Of a stretch of 64,000 nucleotides of DNA, positions 48,756 to 60,845 are shown piece by piece. Location: contig NMRA01000050.1 in the NCBI GenBank assembly GCA_002633005.1, positions 681,820 through 745,819 of the forward strand, read 5' to 3'. Origin of the DNA: Phoronis australis (lineage: Eukaryota; Animalia; Phoronida). A model generated the notes under the pieces. The model worked only from the letters and a program-made list of their open reading frames with translations, was not told the DNA's origin and made no database searches. Made by a program: the position numbers and the translations under genes. How positions within the stretch are numbered: the stretch's first letter is position 1; each line of letters starts with the position of its first letter.

Positions 48756-49728
48756 GTCCACACAGCCTCCAAACCTACGTGACAGCTCGTTCCAGGATTA
48801 ACTTGTTCTATGGAATGTGTGGACGTCACTCGTTTAGTAGGATCTAGGTCCCCTACATGTAGCTCGCTTCAATTCGTGACGGCGCCATCAAGCCTTTGAT
48901 GTGCCGAAGGATTCGGTGGATATATTATCTTGGTTAAACGGTGGGCCCACTTGCGTGCACATCCTATTCAGTGTAGGATTTGCTTCATGTTAAGGTTTTA
49001 GACCTTGTATAATAATTTCTAACATCAAATCTAACTAAACAAGCACTTACTCTGGGAAATATAATAGAGGACTTTTGAATTTTAAAGAAACATTAATGAT
49101 TTTTTGGTTCCCGCCACGTGCTGTCATCAGCGGGAGACGTTGATCAGTTGACATTACAGAGAATTCGCAAAGCGACGTGAACGTGAATTATTCAGTAACA
49201 ACAATTGGTTTCACAACAGCTAAATATTTACGCGAACGTGAAAGAAAACGCGAACTGAAGTCAGTCTGCAGACAGTCCTGGTTTCAGAGTGGTACTTATA
49301 GCCTTCTATTGATTCACGATTTAGTTTTCTATTGTGGGGAGTAATATTTGTCTCGAACTGTAAATCTGCTAACCGAACTTTTTACTCTGACTGTCAAGTT
49401 CCAGTCGCGAATTTCTTCGAATGCCGATTGTGTTTGTCAGGAACGATCATATCTAATTATGTCGATGCTAACAGAATTATATTTTTGGTAAATGATACTT
49501 TTCTGTTTGTTTGTTGCAAAAAAGCTTTGTACCGTTGTGATTCGTCGACTATTTTGGTCCAGTGTCCGACTCCAGCCACTGTGCCGGCTGCGTTGGTGAA
49601 CTCGAGCTATTTTCCGGACATTCTACATCCCATTTTCTGCTATTGGGCATTGAAGTATACACTGTATGTGGAGAGCATGCATTTCCACAAAATCTTGAAC
49701 AAGAATAGACTGATGGGAGCTTACTACC

Positions 49729-50592
49729 TAGCCTTGGAGCAAAGCTGTACACAATATGCAGCTTTGCTCCGATGTGGGTAAAAACTGACCTGATAAAATC
49801 TGAAACAAAATTAGTGTAATTAAAAATTACATTCTTCCTTAAGTAAACTAAATCGTTTACCGGTGTTGGAAAAATTGGCGTTCTACCTTTATTCTACTGC
49901 TAAAGTTGTGGAGCGATCTCTTGCGTCGGCTGCGGCTTTCGACGCCATGAAATATTGCGTCACTTGTTGGACAATTTCTTTTTTCGCCGATTCTTTATTT
50001 AGCTGTTGTTCTTTCCTGAGGTTGCGTACACGTCACAACAAATTATCGGAACTGGTTTCACTTCATTATAAGTTTTTAGAATTTCGATACCAAGAAACTG
50101 AATTTCAGGAAAAATTTTGCTGCTTCGAATTGTCGCAAAAATTTAGGAAATGGCGCGTGCGCGTGACACGAGCGTACTGTTTTCAAAACGACAACATACT
50201 TTTCACTGTTACAAAAGGTCAAGAATGACGCAAGAAAATGACGTTTATTGCATTGTTTTTCACTTAAACGGTTGTAACGGACAAGGTGAGTGTCAGTTGA
50301 CTCCCAGATTTTGCATGCACCCCGTCCGGTCTTTAGTTTTACATGTTGAAACAAATTTGACGGCCAGGTGACGGGCAGAACTACCCTGGCTGTGTGCAAT
50401 TTCGGGGTCTATGGAAGAAAAACACACAGTGGTACCTAGCTGTATTTTGAGAATAGTCTTCATACAGCTAGCTGGCTGGCTAAGTGGTATCTAGCTGTAT
50501 TTTGGCGATGGTCTTCATACAGGTAGCTGGCTGTCGAAGTTGTTCCTAGCTGTACTTCGACGATAGTTTTCATACAGCCAGCTGGCTGGCTA
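49729..50592. mobile_element. AcademH-like non-autonomous element, third copy
   Basis: TAGCCTTGGAGCAAAGCTG...GCTGGCTGGCTA, with terminal hairpin GGAGCAAAGCTG-N11-CAGCTTTGCTCC and a tandemly amplified right-end unit; TSD not evident. Confidence 0.7.
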
Positions 50593-52428
50593 ACTGCAAC
50601 CGCATTCACTATCTCGTTCACAATTTGATGCTGAGGCCCATATGTGCGTGACAATTACGTTCCCAGCAATGGTTCAGCACAATGTACCTTTTGTCGATCA
50701 AATGCACTTACACGTTAGCGAAACCTTCATAGAATCTCCTTTTCTGTGACGGACAGAAGCTTGATTCTTTCTAATAGCTGAGCACAGCCTTGCTATATAC
50801 CCGTGTCCAATGCACGAAGAACATGTGCCATTTCTGGGCGATCTTAGGGTCTTTCGGACACGCAAAAACTGAAATATTGTATCTCCGATTGCTATCACTG
50901 CAACTGACAATGTCATACAACAATTTATTTTCTTTTTAATTTTTGCGTCTATTTCGTGATTAAAAGTACACAAATTTAAAGAAAAAAACATTTAATATCA
51001 TACCAGCATTGTTGGCTACCGAATTCAAGTATTTATGACCCTAGGATGGCCAAATGCATCAAGTAAGGCCAGCTCCGCCAGGAGAATAAATGGACTGCAA
51101 GAGCAGAGGTCATGGGCTCGATTCTGCTTGATGGATGATCCGAGAAGAGCGGTTTTCTCGCCGATACTTTCTCTTTAATTAGGAAAACTAAAAGGGCATT
51201 TAAAAAGATTAGGTGAGGTTTTTTCGAATGGTCATTGATGAAAAAACAAAGAAGGTGGAATGCGCATGCATGAAGTTTTGTAGTCAACTTGTTGCTTCCA
51301 TGTCGCCATTTGATCTCACGTAGGTAATTGCATCAATTAAAGAGGAACCGTTGAAGATACATCTGCAAAAATGTGACCCAGAGGTTCAAGTGGCATTGTA
51401 TAGGCGTTGTGCGATGATTTGTTATTACAACTAAAATCCAATATGCGGCAAGTAGGCGACTGAGTTACCTGAAGGTCAACAGCTTACATTTCAGCAATGT
51501 CTAATGAAATTACAAATACAGACAACGAATTTTTACTCAAATGTAACGTTACTTATAACAATAATCCCTAAACTGCGTTTTCGGCCCTAAAATTCAATCC
51601 ATCCCTTATAACGCATGGACTTAATTTAAGCGTGAAAGGTTCGATATCAGCTGAGAGACAGTGCCATGTCAGACTGTGTTTGTAATGCACAGCAAAGACC
51701 TCCCGGAGACGGAAGCACCGGTACCGGAAGGAAATTCTCATCCATGAAGCTCGCGATTTGGCTGAAGCGCCAACAGTCTGGAACTGGCGAGCCTTCATGT
51801 AAAGCGCATGGCGGCGCAGAAATTTTGTTTTGAGACCATTCAAAAGTCAGCTGTTATTAGTCAGGCTTAAGTGGATTGGAGTTGATCTCAAACCTCAAAA
51901 ACATAAAAGACGCAGACAATGCAAACACTGTAAAATACAAAAGCAACAACTAACAAAGCCTATAACGACGGAGTTTGATCTTATGCGTATAGTAAAATAG
52001 GCTCGTCTTAGTTCAATTAAAAAATCAAGTCTGCTTTTGCAATTGTAGCAAATGGTTTTATAAATAACCACAGGCGGGAAACGGAAAGGTCCTCAAAAAG
52101 TAACTTTTCCGCTTATAATTCGAGACAGAATACGAGGTTGTGGGAATCAATGATGGAGACTTCTCATGTTCTTCAGACACAAGACTTTTTCATGGAGTCG
52201 TCAAAAGCTTCTAATGATCTCTTAACCAACCGAGGCAGGAATAGCGGCGAACGCTAACTGTACTCTCAAGTTATGGCTTGGCTGTCTCTAACTGGTGCAG
52301 GTACACCACAGTGTAGGTTTGGTCCAGTTGCCACGAAGGACAGATTAGCCCCATGTTGACTGGACTTGATCTTATAGGCACGAAGGGATCGATACCGCTA
52401 ACAAGTAGCCAGTACAAAGTGAGCATGT

Positions 52429-52663
52429 CAGTGGCAGATCTACGATTTCAGTAAGGGGGGGTTTAGGATTCGAGAGAATCCGAGGCGCGTAGCGCCGAGG
52501 AGAAGGAAGGTCGCGATAGGATTTCCCTCTTCCCGTGTAAGATTTTTTTGGGATTTTTAGTAGCTAATTTCGTTTTTCTGGCGATTTTTTTCCAGTTTTT
52601 ATTTTTGACCCTGTCCCGAGGGGGGGTTTAATCCCCCTGAACCCCCCTGTAGATCCGCCTCTG
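52429..52663. mobile_element. hAT-like MITE
   Basis: TIR CAGTGGCAGATCTAC / GTAGATCCGCCTCTG; TSD degenerate. Confidence 0.6.
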
Positions 52664-54226
52664 GATGTGTTAGCTACATACGCACGCAACGAACAATGCC
52701 CAGGTTAAACTTCTAAGTATCCCACAAGATTGACAACAAGCTTATGGCTATGTCTGAAGGACATTTCAAAGTTTTTCAAGACTATGGTCATATGATTTGT
52801 CGAAGTAATAAAACCGTATCACGAATTATTTGGTGTTTTCGAATTGACTGGTTTCCATGGAAATGGCATCAGTCTCAGCGCTTGTGTTTGTTTTGGGAGC
52901 TATTTCGTGATTACTATTAGACCCAAGTTGACTGGACTTGATCTTAAGCATGGCGGGATCGAACAACAAATTGTCACTTACGAACTTGCAACCAGCACAG
53001 CATGCTGTGAAAGATGCAACTAGGAACCTAAAATTGACGGGGATTGATCTTAGGCGTATGGCGAAGTCGCCGGGTTTATCTTCATCCAATTCAAGAGGTT
53101 CTGTTTCTTGTCTAAACTCAGCGGCACATGACTCAACATAATGACCAAAAAGAAAGACAATCAGAAAGATTCAAAAAGGCAAAGAAGTTTGAATCACCAT
53201 TAGGGTGACGCTTATGCATTCAAGACTGTGGAATAACAGGTGTACAGTGGACGCTTCGCAAAGGTTCTGTTGTGAGCGCATGGACAAGATTCTAATAAAC
53301 TACAAACTCATACAAGAGTCCTCGTGAGTTGTGAAAATTTCTTGCACATGATAGGCCGATTTACCCAAGATGAGGTAAAGACACCCGCAGTTGTCCAATT
53401 GTGTCAAATTGAGGGGGCTTGATGGCCAAGATAAATCTATCACAAGTTCTGCGTTGGCTGAACATGACGTGACTCTAGCAATCCAATTTGAACAGAAAAT
53501 AGAGAGCCACTTCCACTAAAACAAACAATATCACAATCAATACTGCACTTATATCAACGAGGCAAATGACATTTTTTCGGATAGCGAGAGACGCCATATT
53601 CACCGATCACTGAGCACCACCGGCAGAGGTAAATATACATAATGGGGAGATAACTTCATATTATTAGTGATTCAAACTGCCAGTTCAGCTTACAGTTGTG
53701 AGCAAACAGGTAACATCTATTCAAATATCAACTGCTGGCCACCCGAGCAGACTATCATTTGCGTGAAAAGTTCTAAGTTAGAGGACTCGTATCCCACAAA
53801 CCTGTGCTCTGAAATGCCCACGCATTAATTTCGCTATCCGTAAAAAGGTCAGGGGGAAATTGAAATATGTGCCACAAATTCGGCATTTCATTTTTTAACT
53901 TACAAAATCAAGCAATTACAAAGGTACTTGGCATGACCGTTAGTGAAGTGAACAAAACTGTCAAAACTCTCGACACTTTACACAGGCGTAAGAATCTAGG
54001 GGATGCGGCAACCGTGCTTTCTATAGAATCGCTTTTAGTGGTGGTAACCAGTTCAGTGTAAAGGCAAAGTTGGAGGCGAGCGGAAGGGAAGCGGAGAGAC
54101 TAGGCGAAAATATTTCCAATTGGTGTACGTAGGCAAACCTGGTCTCAATAAGGAAAATCTTCTTACGCCTGAGCAGCATAAAACTTGTACTTTATGCACA
54201 ATTATCTGTGCATGCACGTTTTAGTT

Positions 54227-55171
54227 TGAGCCGTGACGTTTCGTGTATTAAAGGAGGCATAGAACAAAATATTCCAGTTCGCTGCAAGCCATAAAATTCC
54301 CTGGCGTGTTCTTTTGCACAACAGGCCCGACATACGACATTTTCACAGCGTCCGTGTCTCGCCTCTCTTTCCAATGTGTCACCTATCGCAAAGTACGTGG
54401 AGTCTGGTCGCTATGCTTAGCGCCGGTCCNCAACATGTTCAAATAACTTAATATTTAAATGCTGAATGCTATAGGCTTTTATGTTGCTCTCTGGTAGTCA
54501 AAGCTGTAATCTTATGTCCAGTGTTTTAATTGCTGTAACGATAACCGTTCACTGAATCACTTTTCAGTGACACCTATTGTCCAATTGAGAAACTCCATTT
54601 TAGCCACTAAGCCATACAAATAATCAAAACGTTTCCTTAGAAGTTTGGACACATTATAATTTACAACACCAGAAATGAAACAACTATAATGCCAGCTATA
54701 TAGTTTACCCTTTTATATTTTTGTTTTAAGAGAATTTCATCTACAGGAAGTTCAATAGGATCCTATAGGAAATCATACAGGACTTCCTATGGCATTTCCC
54801 AATGGGTCCTATAGGATAGGATTTCCTATAGGTCATTGTAATGTTTCATTTATACTTCTATCCCATATAACAAATGATCCCAAACCTGCGTGTTTCGGCT
54901 GCCAAACCAGCGGTTATACCTCTTTAACCTACTGATTGTTCTTCCAGGTCAACGTGCTGTTAAGTTAGTGAGCCGTGACGTTTCGTGTATTAAAGGAGGC
55001 ATAGAACAAAATATTCCAGTTCGCTGCAAGCCATAAAATTCCCTGGCGTGTTCTTTTGCACAACAGGCCCGACATACGACATTTTCACAGCGTCCGTGTC
55101 TCGCCTCTCTTTCCAATGTGTCACCTATCGCAAAGTACGTGGAGTCTGGTCGCTATGCTTAGCGCCGGTCC
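54227..55171. other. Contig join: 203-bp direct duplication around 'n', enclosing an inverted copy of 47452-47986
   Basis: 54227-54429 equals 54969-55171; n at 54430; 54431-54966 is the reverse complement of 47452-47986. Confidence 0.85.
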
Positions 55172-55567
55172 AGTGCTTGCGCGGCCACTGTTTCCTAGAC
55201 AATTTACTGCCCCTCCAAGCCTCGCTGAGAAGTGGCCGGCCTTTGTTTTTATACGTGTTGTCTGAATATAAATGACATTTTCTTATCTAAAATACTGGAC
55301 TTTAATCAGCTTCAGCTTTTACTCAGGAGTAAAATTTACTTAGGTCATTAAACGGCTTAAAGAGTTAACCCATCTGAGCACCATTCCTACCACAGTATAA
55401 CCATAGAAAACGAGTAACCAGTGGTAACCTACTTTAGCAGATGATGTCTTCTACAAAGGTATTTGCCCCTATTAAAACGCGATTTGAACCAAAAACTAGG
55501 AATAGGAATGCAGTCACAACAAATTTTCGAAAATTCTGCAGACTTTTGGATTTTTCTCCGATTCAAG

Positions 55568-55740
55568 TAGCTGGCCAGCTAGCTGTATGAAGACTGTCGT
55601 CAAAATACAGCTAGGTACCACTGTGTGTATTTCTTCCGTACACCCCGAAATCGCTCGGGTCTATGGAAGATTGACATACAGTGGTACCGAGCTGTATTTT
55701 GACGATAACCTACATACATGTACAGCTTGCTGGCTGGCTA
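55568..55740. mobile_element. Short derivative of the AcademH-like family with two same-type ends
   Basis: TAGCTGGCCAGCTAGCTGTATG...TACAGCTTGCTGGCTGGCTA; its sequence matches 9531-9610. Confidence 0.55.
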
Positions 55741-56064
55741 GCATCAACCCAACTGTACCCTACATTAGGCCTACATGTAAGAGTAGAGAGAATACTGGAT
55801 TGTCTTGAAAAACTTAATTTCGAAACAAGTTTCAGAAGACTTACAGTTTTTCCGAAACTTCTTATTGTCGGGTTCTACTTCTTTTGCATGATTTTGTAAG
55901 CGCTTGGTGTCAAAGAAATTTATTCAAAGTAACAAAAGTGCGGAGACGCTTTTAGTTTCACGTGCAACACACGCAGTGACCCGTGTATTTTACGCGAAAC
56001 GTGCACTTTTGCTTAATAGTGGGAATGCTGGAGTAAATAGGTGTGCGGAACTCAATATCACAAC

Positions 56065-56091
56065 CATAGACATCACAATAAGATGTATATG
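56065..56091. mobile_element. 27-bp TIR-only hAT-like relic
   Basis: ATCACAAC|CATAGACATC-acaataa-GATGTATATG|ATTACAAC (TSD 7/8, TIR 9/10). Confidence 0.55.
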
Positions 56092-56379
56092 ATTACAACT
56101 CCTCGATACATTACTCGTCGCTTTCTATCAGATGTCGCATTCGGAACACGGAGGTGTTCGCGTAGCCTAAAATTTCCCCTTGGCAGTGAACTTGACCTGG
56201 GCATGTGCGAACTTCAGTGGCCTGTGCCAACTGTCGCACGTGAGCCCTGTATTCTAGTGTTTCAGGATAGTCGCTGAATATTGGTTAGTGTTAGAGCATT
56301 CTGATACCTGGATTATACCACAGTGATTCATACGCCGGATATTTTTCAGTTTTTATTTTGTAGCAGGACATTAATTCTT

Positions 56380-58180
56380 CAGAAATGCAGAGGATTCTTT
56401 CCTAAGCATTATTTACATTTCTTGAACAAAAGGTATTAAAACATTATCTACCAAAATGTAAGTAATTACATGCCCCAATCGCGTTCTGTTGCTCCAAAAT
56501 ATGTTTCCAGAACTCGTCAATTGACGTTATAAACCTTCTGAATCAGGAAAGCTCAAAAGATTTAAGGAATGGCAAAAGGTCAACCATGTTACAACCCGGA
56601 TCCGTCGGGAAAATGTTGTGCCGTTGTAGTTCGGCTTACTTTGTCATAAGTTTACAGAACAACCCGTTCAATGTATTTAATTATTTCTGAAGAAGGCAAT
56701 GGTAAAGTGAGAAAAAAGTGCACTAACTTGAGGACTATGAATGATTTAACTGCAGTAATTTTACCTAGAGTTGTTAATTGTCGGTTAGACGATGCTAATT
56801 TTTTTCTTATTTCCAAAGTATTATCAAAATTCATACTGATCATCTCTAGCAGAATAACACTTAAATTAATACCAAGAAAGGCAAAATGAGATTGTGGCCA
56901 CGGAAGCCGACTTTCTTGACATAACTGTGTATTATCAAATCTAGGCGCAATCCATGTACAATCATTTTTTTTCTCTATTTGGTTTTAAACCATACATATT
57001 CGGACATTGGTCCAAAAATTGGAAGAGCATTCGAGGGATCTAGTCGAGCCTTTATGAGACAATATGGTATCGTCCGCCTATTGCATAATTTTTGAAGTTC
57101 TTTCGTCAATTGATATTCCTTTTATTTTTCATTTTGTCAAATCATGAAAGCCATGATTTCCACAAATAAAATGAACAAATAGGGTAACACCGGGTCTCCC
57201 TGGCGACACCCGCGTCCAATTTTGAAATTTGACGTTTTACGATGTTGAATTACACATCAATGCGCACCAGTGTTCAATAAACGAAGTTCAGCCCAATCAA
57301 TGAATTGATTACCGAAAATTAAGAAAGAGCAAGTTTTGTAAATAAAGTTCCACGATACGGAAATTAATGCTTTCTCAAAATCGACGAGTACTCGAAGACC
57401 TGGAATATTGTTTTGCTGTGTAAAATGCATTAAGTCATAAACTTTATCGTTTTCACCAACAAAACGGAACTCATAAACCCTCTAATGTTATGGATTAATT
57501 TATCCAAACCAAACTTAAATGCCTTTTGCAATACAACCTGAAACAATTTTATATGACCCATTTAAAGAGGCCTGTAACGCGATCAACAGACAGAATAAAT
57601 TGCAATATTGAAAGTGGTTCTCTGCCACTGAAACAGAATTCAACCTTCTCACCAGATATGTAAACATTTTTAATTTCTGTAGATATCAAATCATTTTCTT
57701 TTAGTTTCAAATTGCGAGAAACGAACCGTCACCTGCTCGCAATTTCGTCATGTTTTCTCCCACAAGGCAAAGCACGTCTCCTTATTGGTAGGACTAGACA
57801 CAGATGTAACACATTCCCCTTATATGGAAAACGTGACCTTTGTCCTCACGCGACTTCAGGCACCTCACTGCGAATGCTTGTGCGCATCCATCATAAGTGA
57901 GATTGAGATTAGAAACTTAATTTGTGGTAACCATAGAGTTTTTCCTTCTCGCGTATTTCAAAAACCGTGATTTTTCTGTAGATTTCCTTATAGGGGTAAA
58001 GTGAATAACTCTGGTACTTTCGTCAGGAATTGTTCAAAAGATATTTTGACGAGCTTTCACGTTACATGCCTCTTTACAGTGAGATAGGTCTTCAATTACT
58101 TAAAAACTCGCTGGGTTTATTTCCTTTAAGGATAATGAGATTGATGGCACTCTGACATAAATCGTATTATTTAGGCAAAT
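56380..58180 (-). mobile_element. Decayed L1/Tx1-clade LINE, reverse transcriptase region
   Basis: Minus-strand motifs in order: RPISL|LNGSYKI (split by an insertion), VDFEKA (57369-57385), GRGCRQGDP (57190-57217), Q*ADDT (57066-57083), LTTLGKITAVKSF; many stops and frameshifts. Confidence 0.85.
57566..58073. mobile_element. Kolobok-like MITE inserted in the LINE
   Basis: TTAA|AGAGGCCTGTAACGCGA ... TCACGTTACATGCCTCT|TTAC; removing it restores the RPISLLN motif. Confidence 0.75.
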
Positions 58181-59259
58181 AACATTCTACAGCCCTTCAT
58201 CCTTCATATCCAACTCCTAGTTAGTTCCTACCAAATCCGATGGTAGCGCTGTTTGTTCTGTCTCTCCAGCTTCCTGTTGGCTCAGCCTCAAGCAACAGTA
58301 CATTCACTCGTAAGTTTTCCCAATTAGACTATTTAATACCTCTCCCACCCTCCATACCCTGGGTTCCACAAAATCTCAATTCAATCGATTTATTTCTTTC
58401 CCACCCTCCCTACCTTTTGTCGAACAAAATCTGCTGTTGGTTATTGTTATTGCAGCCACTGCTGGTAGCTCCTTCAAGCCCGGAGCGTGTTATCGTCAAG
58501 CACGAAAAGACGTCTTTGGCTAGCGACCAGACCAGCACTCGAGCGTCCATCACTGCCGCTTGCCTCTCTCCACCCCGGTAGCAGCTCTCAGCACATACTG
58601 AGCCACAACACCACGTTCTGCGGATGGGCATGAGCTGTCTTACAACATCTCTTGTGACGCATTTTTATTGCCCATCTTACCAGAGATTACCAATTATACG
58701 TTATTTAACTGTATTCATTATATTGTAACTGTACTAATCGTAATAAATGACCTTATATCGCCTACCTCCGTCTCCTTTTCATCTCTGGTAACGAGCTTGC
58801 GACGCGCGTATCATTTATCTGTTATTCGGGACATATGTCGATCATAAACATCTTTTTTATCACTCCGGCTGGTCTGCTCACTCGGCTTGTCCGGAACCTG
58901 CTTTGCAGGTTTTTATAGCCCAGTTGGCTGTTTGATGTACCCACTTGGTATTTTATTATTTGATATTTGCCCATTTGGCAGTTGTACCCATTTGGTACTT
59001 GTTATTGAATTTGCCAGGTTTTGCTCGACCCACTTTGTAGGCAATCGGCCAATACCCATTTGGTATTATGCACCCATTTGGTACTATGCTAACCTGTGCC
59101 ACTTAATATCGGATACGCATTTACACATAGGGTATCGTGAATTTGTGTGTTATCTCTTGTAATTAAGGAACCCGTCTGGTTCCTCCTGTGAAATATTCAT
59201 TTCTAGAGCTGTGACCTTGAAATTCCCAATACAACCTAAAATATATATTATTATTGTTG

Positions 59260-60490
59260 TTTTATTTGTCCCCAATAATTGGTATAACGCGTTGATGTTG
59301 GCTTGCAGGCAAATTTTTTCTTCGAAAACTATTGTTAAAGGAATGTATTAAAAATAGAAGCATCGTGCCAAAATTTGGAAAACTCAGCACCCAGGCGTTT
59401 TATCATTTTTCACATTCTTCACCACAGAAAGTGCTCCACCCAGTAGAATTTCGCCGTCAAATTTTAAGTTCGTTTCTTAACTAAAAGCAGAAATATTTTG
59501 GAGTTTTATTAATGTCTGTAAGTCAACATGACTCAATGAATTACCATTACCCAAATATTAAGTTTTATAAAAGTTATGTATTTCAGTCAAAAGTTTTGGT
59601 TTGTCCTCAATTAATATTGAAATGAATCATTCAAATAACTAGGTACTTCCAGGTTTGCGAAATATTTCGTTGGTTTCTCACCATGCTCAATCCATCTTGC
59701 ACGGGTTCTGACTAAATAGCCTTTAATAAATTCACGTCGAATAGTCTCCAATTCTTCTGACAATTCTCCTAAAATCTCATGAAAAGCGCGCGAATCACTA
59801 TTGTGGGTCAAGTTATACAAAACATGATTTTTTCTGCAAACTAATCATACGTTCACGCATATCTGTTATCCTTTTCTTGCAAAAATAAACAGTTAACGAT
59901 CGAATTGTAAGTAACATTGTGAAGCTCAATATCTATAATATAAAAATGGCTTTCCTATCATAGGGAAATGTTGAATATTCTGTTTCAACAATATTTATTA
60001 CGTTTTTTAAATCTAATTAAAACAATTTTTTACTTTTAAAAAGAATTTTTAAAACGCCAAAGTCTCTGTCCTCTAGAAAAATTGGTTATCCGAAAAACAA
60101 ATCATACGCTTGAATAGTCAATTCTATATCCAGGGTCTAAAATAGAATATTCCACAAGGTTACTTATTTTCTCAGAGGCAAGAAAAAAACTAGTTTTTTG
60201 AATGGATTGGTCACTTGCCATGTGAACGCCTTGGCATCTGTATTCTTTCACCTCCATGGATCATTTAAATTAAATTTAGCGCTCATGTCAGTGACTTCTT
60301 CAGTGGCATTGGGGTTAATATGGTTTGTATATTTATGACAGTTATAATTCTACACTAAATTCCAGTCACCACATATTATTACAAGATCAGTAGAAAACGC
60401 TTTAATTTATTTTCCACTTCTTTGTAAAAGTCTGGATGATCCTGATTTGGCACATGCAAATATATCAGTGAAGTTATTGAGCTGGTCTAT
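59260..60490 (-). mobile_element. Decayed L1/Tx1-clade LINE, endonuclease and linker region
   Basis: Minus-strand LIYLHVPNQDHPDF, IICGDWNL (~60358-60379), RTRARWIEHGEKPTKYFANLE and NDKTPG. Confidence 0.8.
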
Positions 60491-60829
60491 GAAAATTGTA
60501 GTTAGGGAGATGCTGTGGTGTACACTGATGGATCGGTTAGAAGAGGAGAAAGATCTGGATTGGGCTATGTAGTCAGTGTGGATGGCAAAATAGCAGCGGG
60601 ATATGGTGAGGCATATGCGCTCACGAAATCTAGTGATTAGATAAGATCATGTAGATTTGATTAGCTAATCGTTAAGTAAGTACATTATTATAATTTGCAA
60701 AATACTCTGATGGGATTTAGTAGCTGAAGCTTGAAGACTTGCTTCAGTGTACAGAAGAAACTGTTCAATAGTTCCATCTCGTTGAAGATTCTAAAGAGGA
60801 TCTTGGCAAGGGCAAGGGTTAGGTGGCAC

Positions 60830-60845
60830 CATAGATTAGTCTATG
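60830..60845. mobile_element. 16-bp TIR-only hAT-like relic
   Basis: GTGGCAC|CATAGATTAGTCTATG|GTGGCAC. Confidence 0.6.

Noticed and set aside
48515-53141. Short ORFs at 48515-48829, 49332-49781, 51568-51843 and 52826-53141
   Set aside because: No recognisable domain or consistent splice chain; several overlap transposon sequence.
47491-54926. Single giant transposon with ~500-bp TIRs and TTAA target
   Set aside because: The inverted identity extends beyond the TTAA, one arm starts exactly at an assembly 'n', and the adjacent 203-bp duplication fits a haplotype join better.
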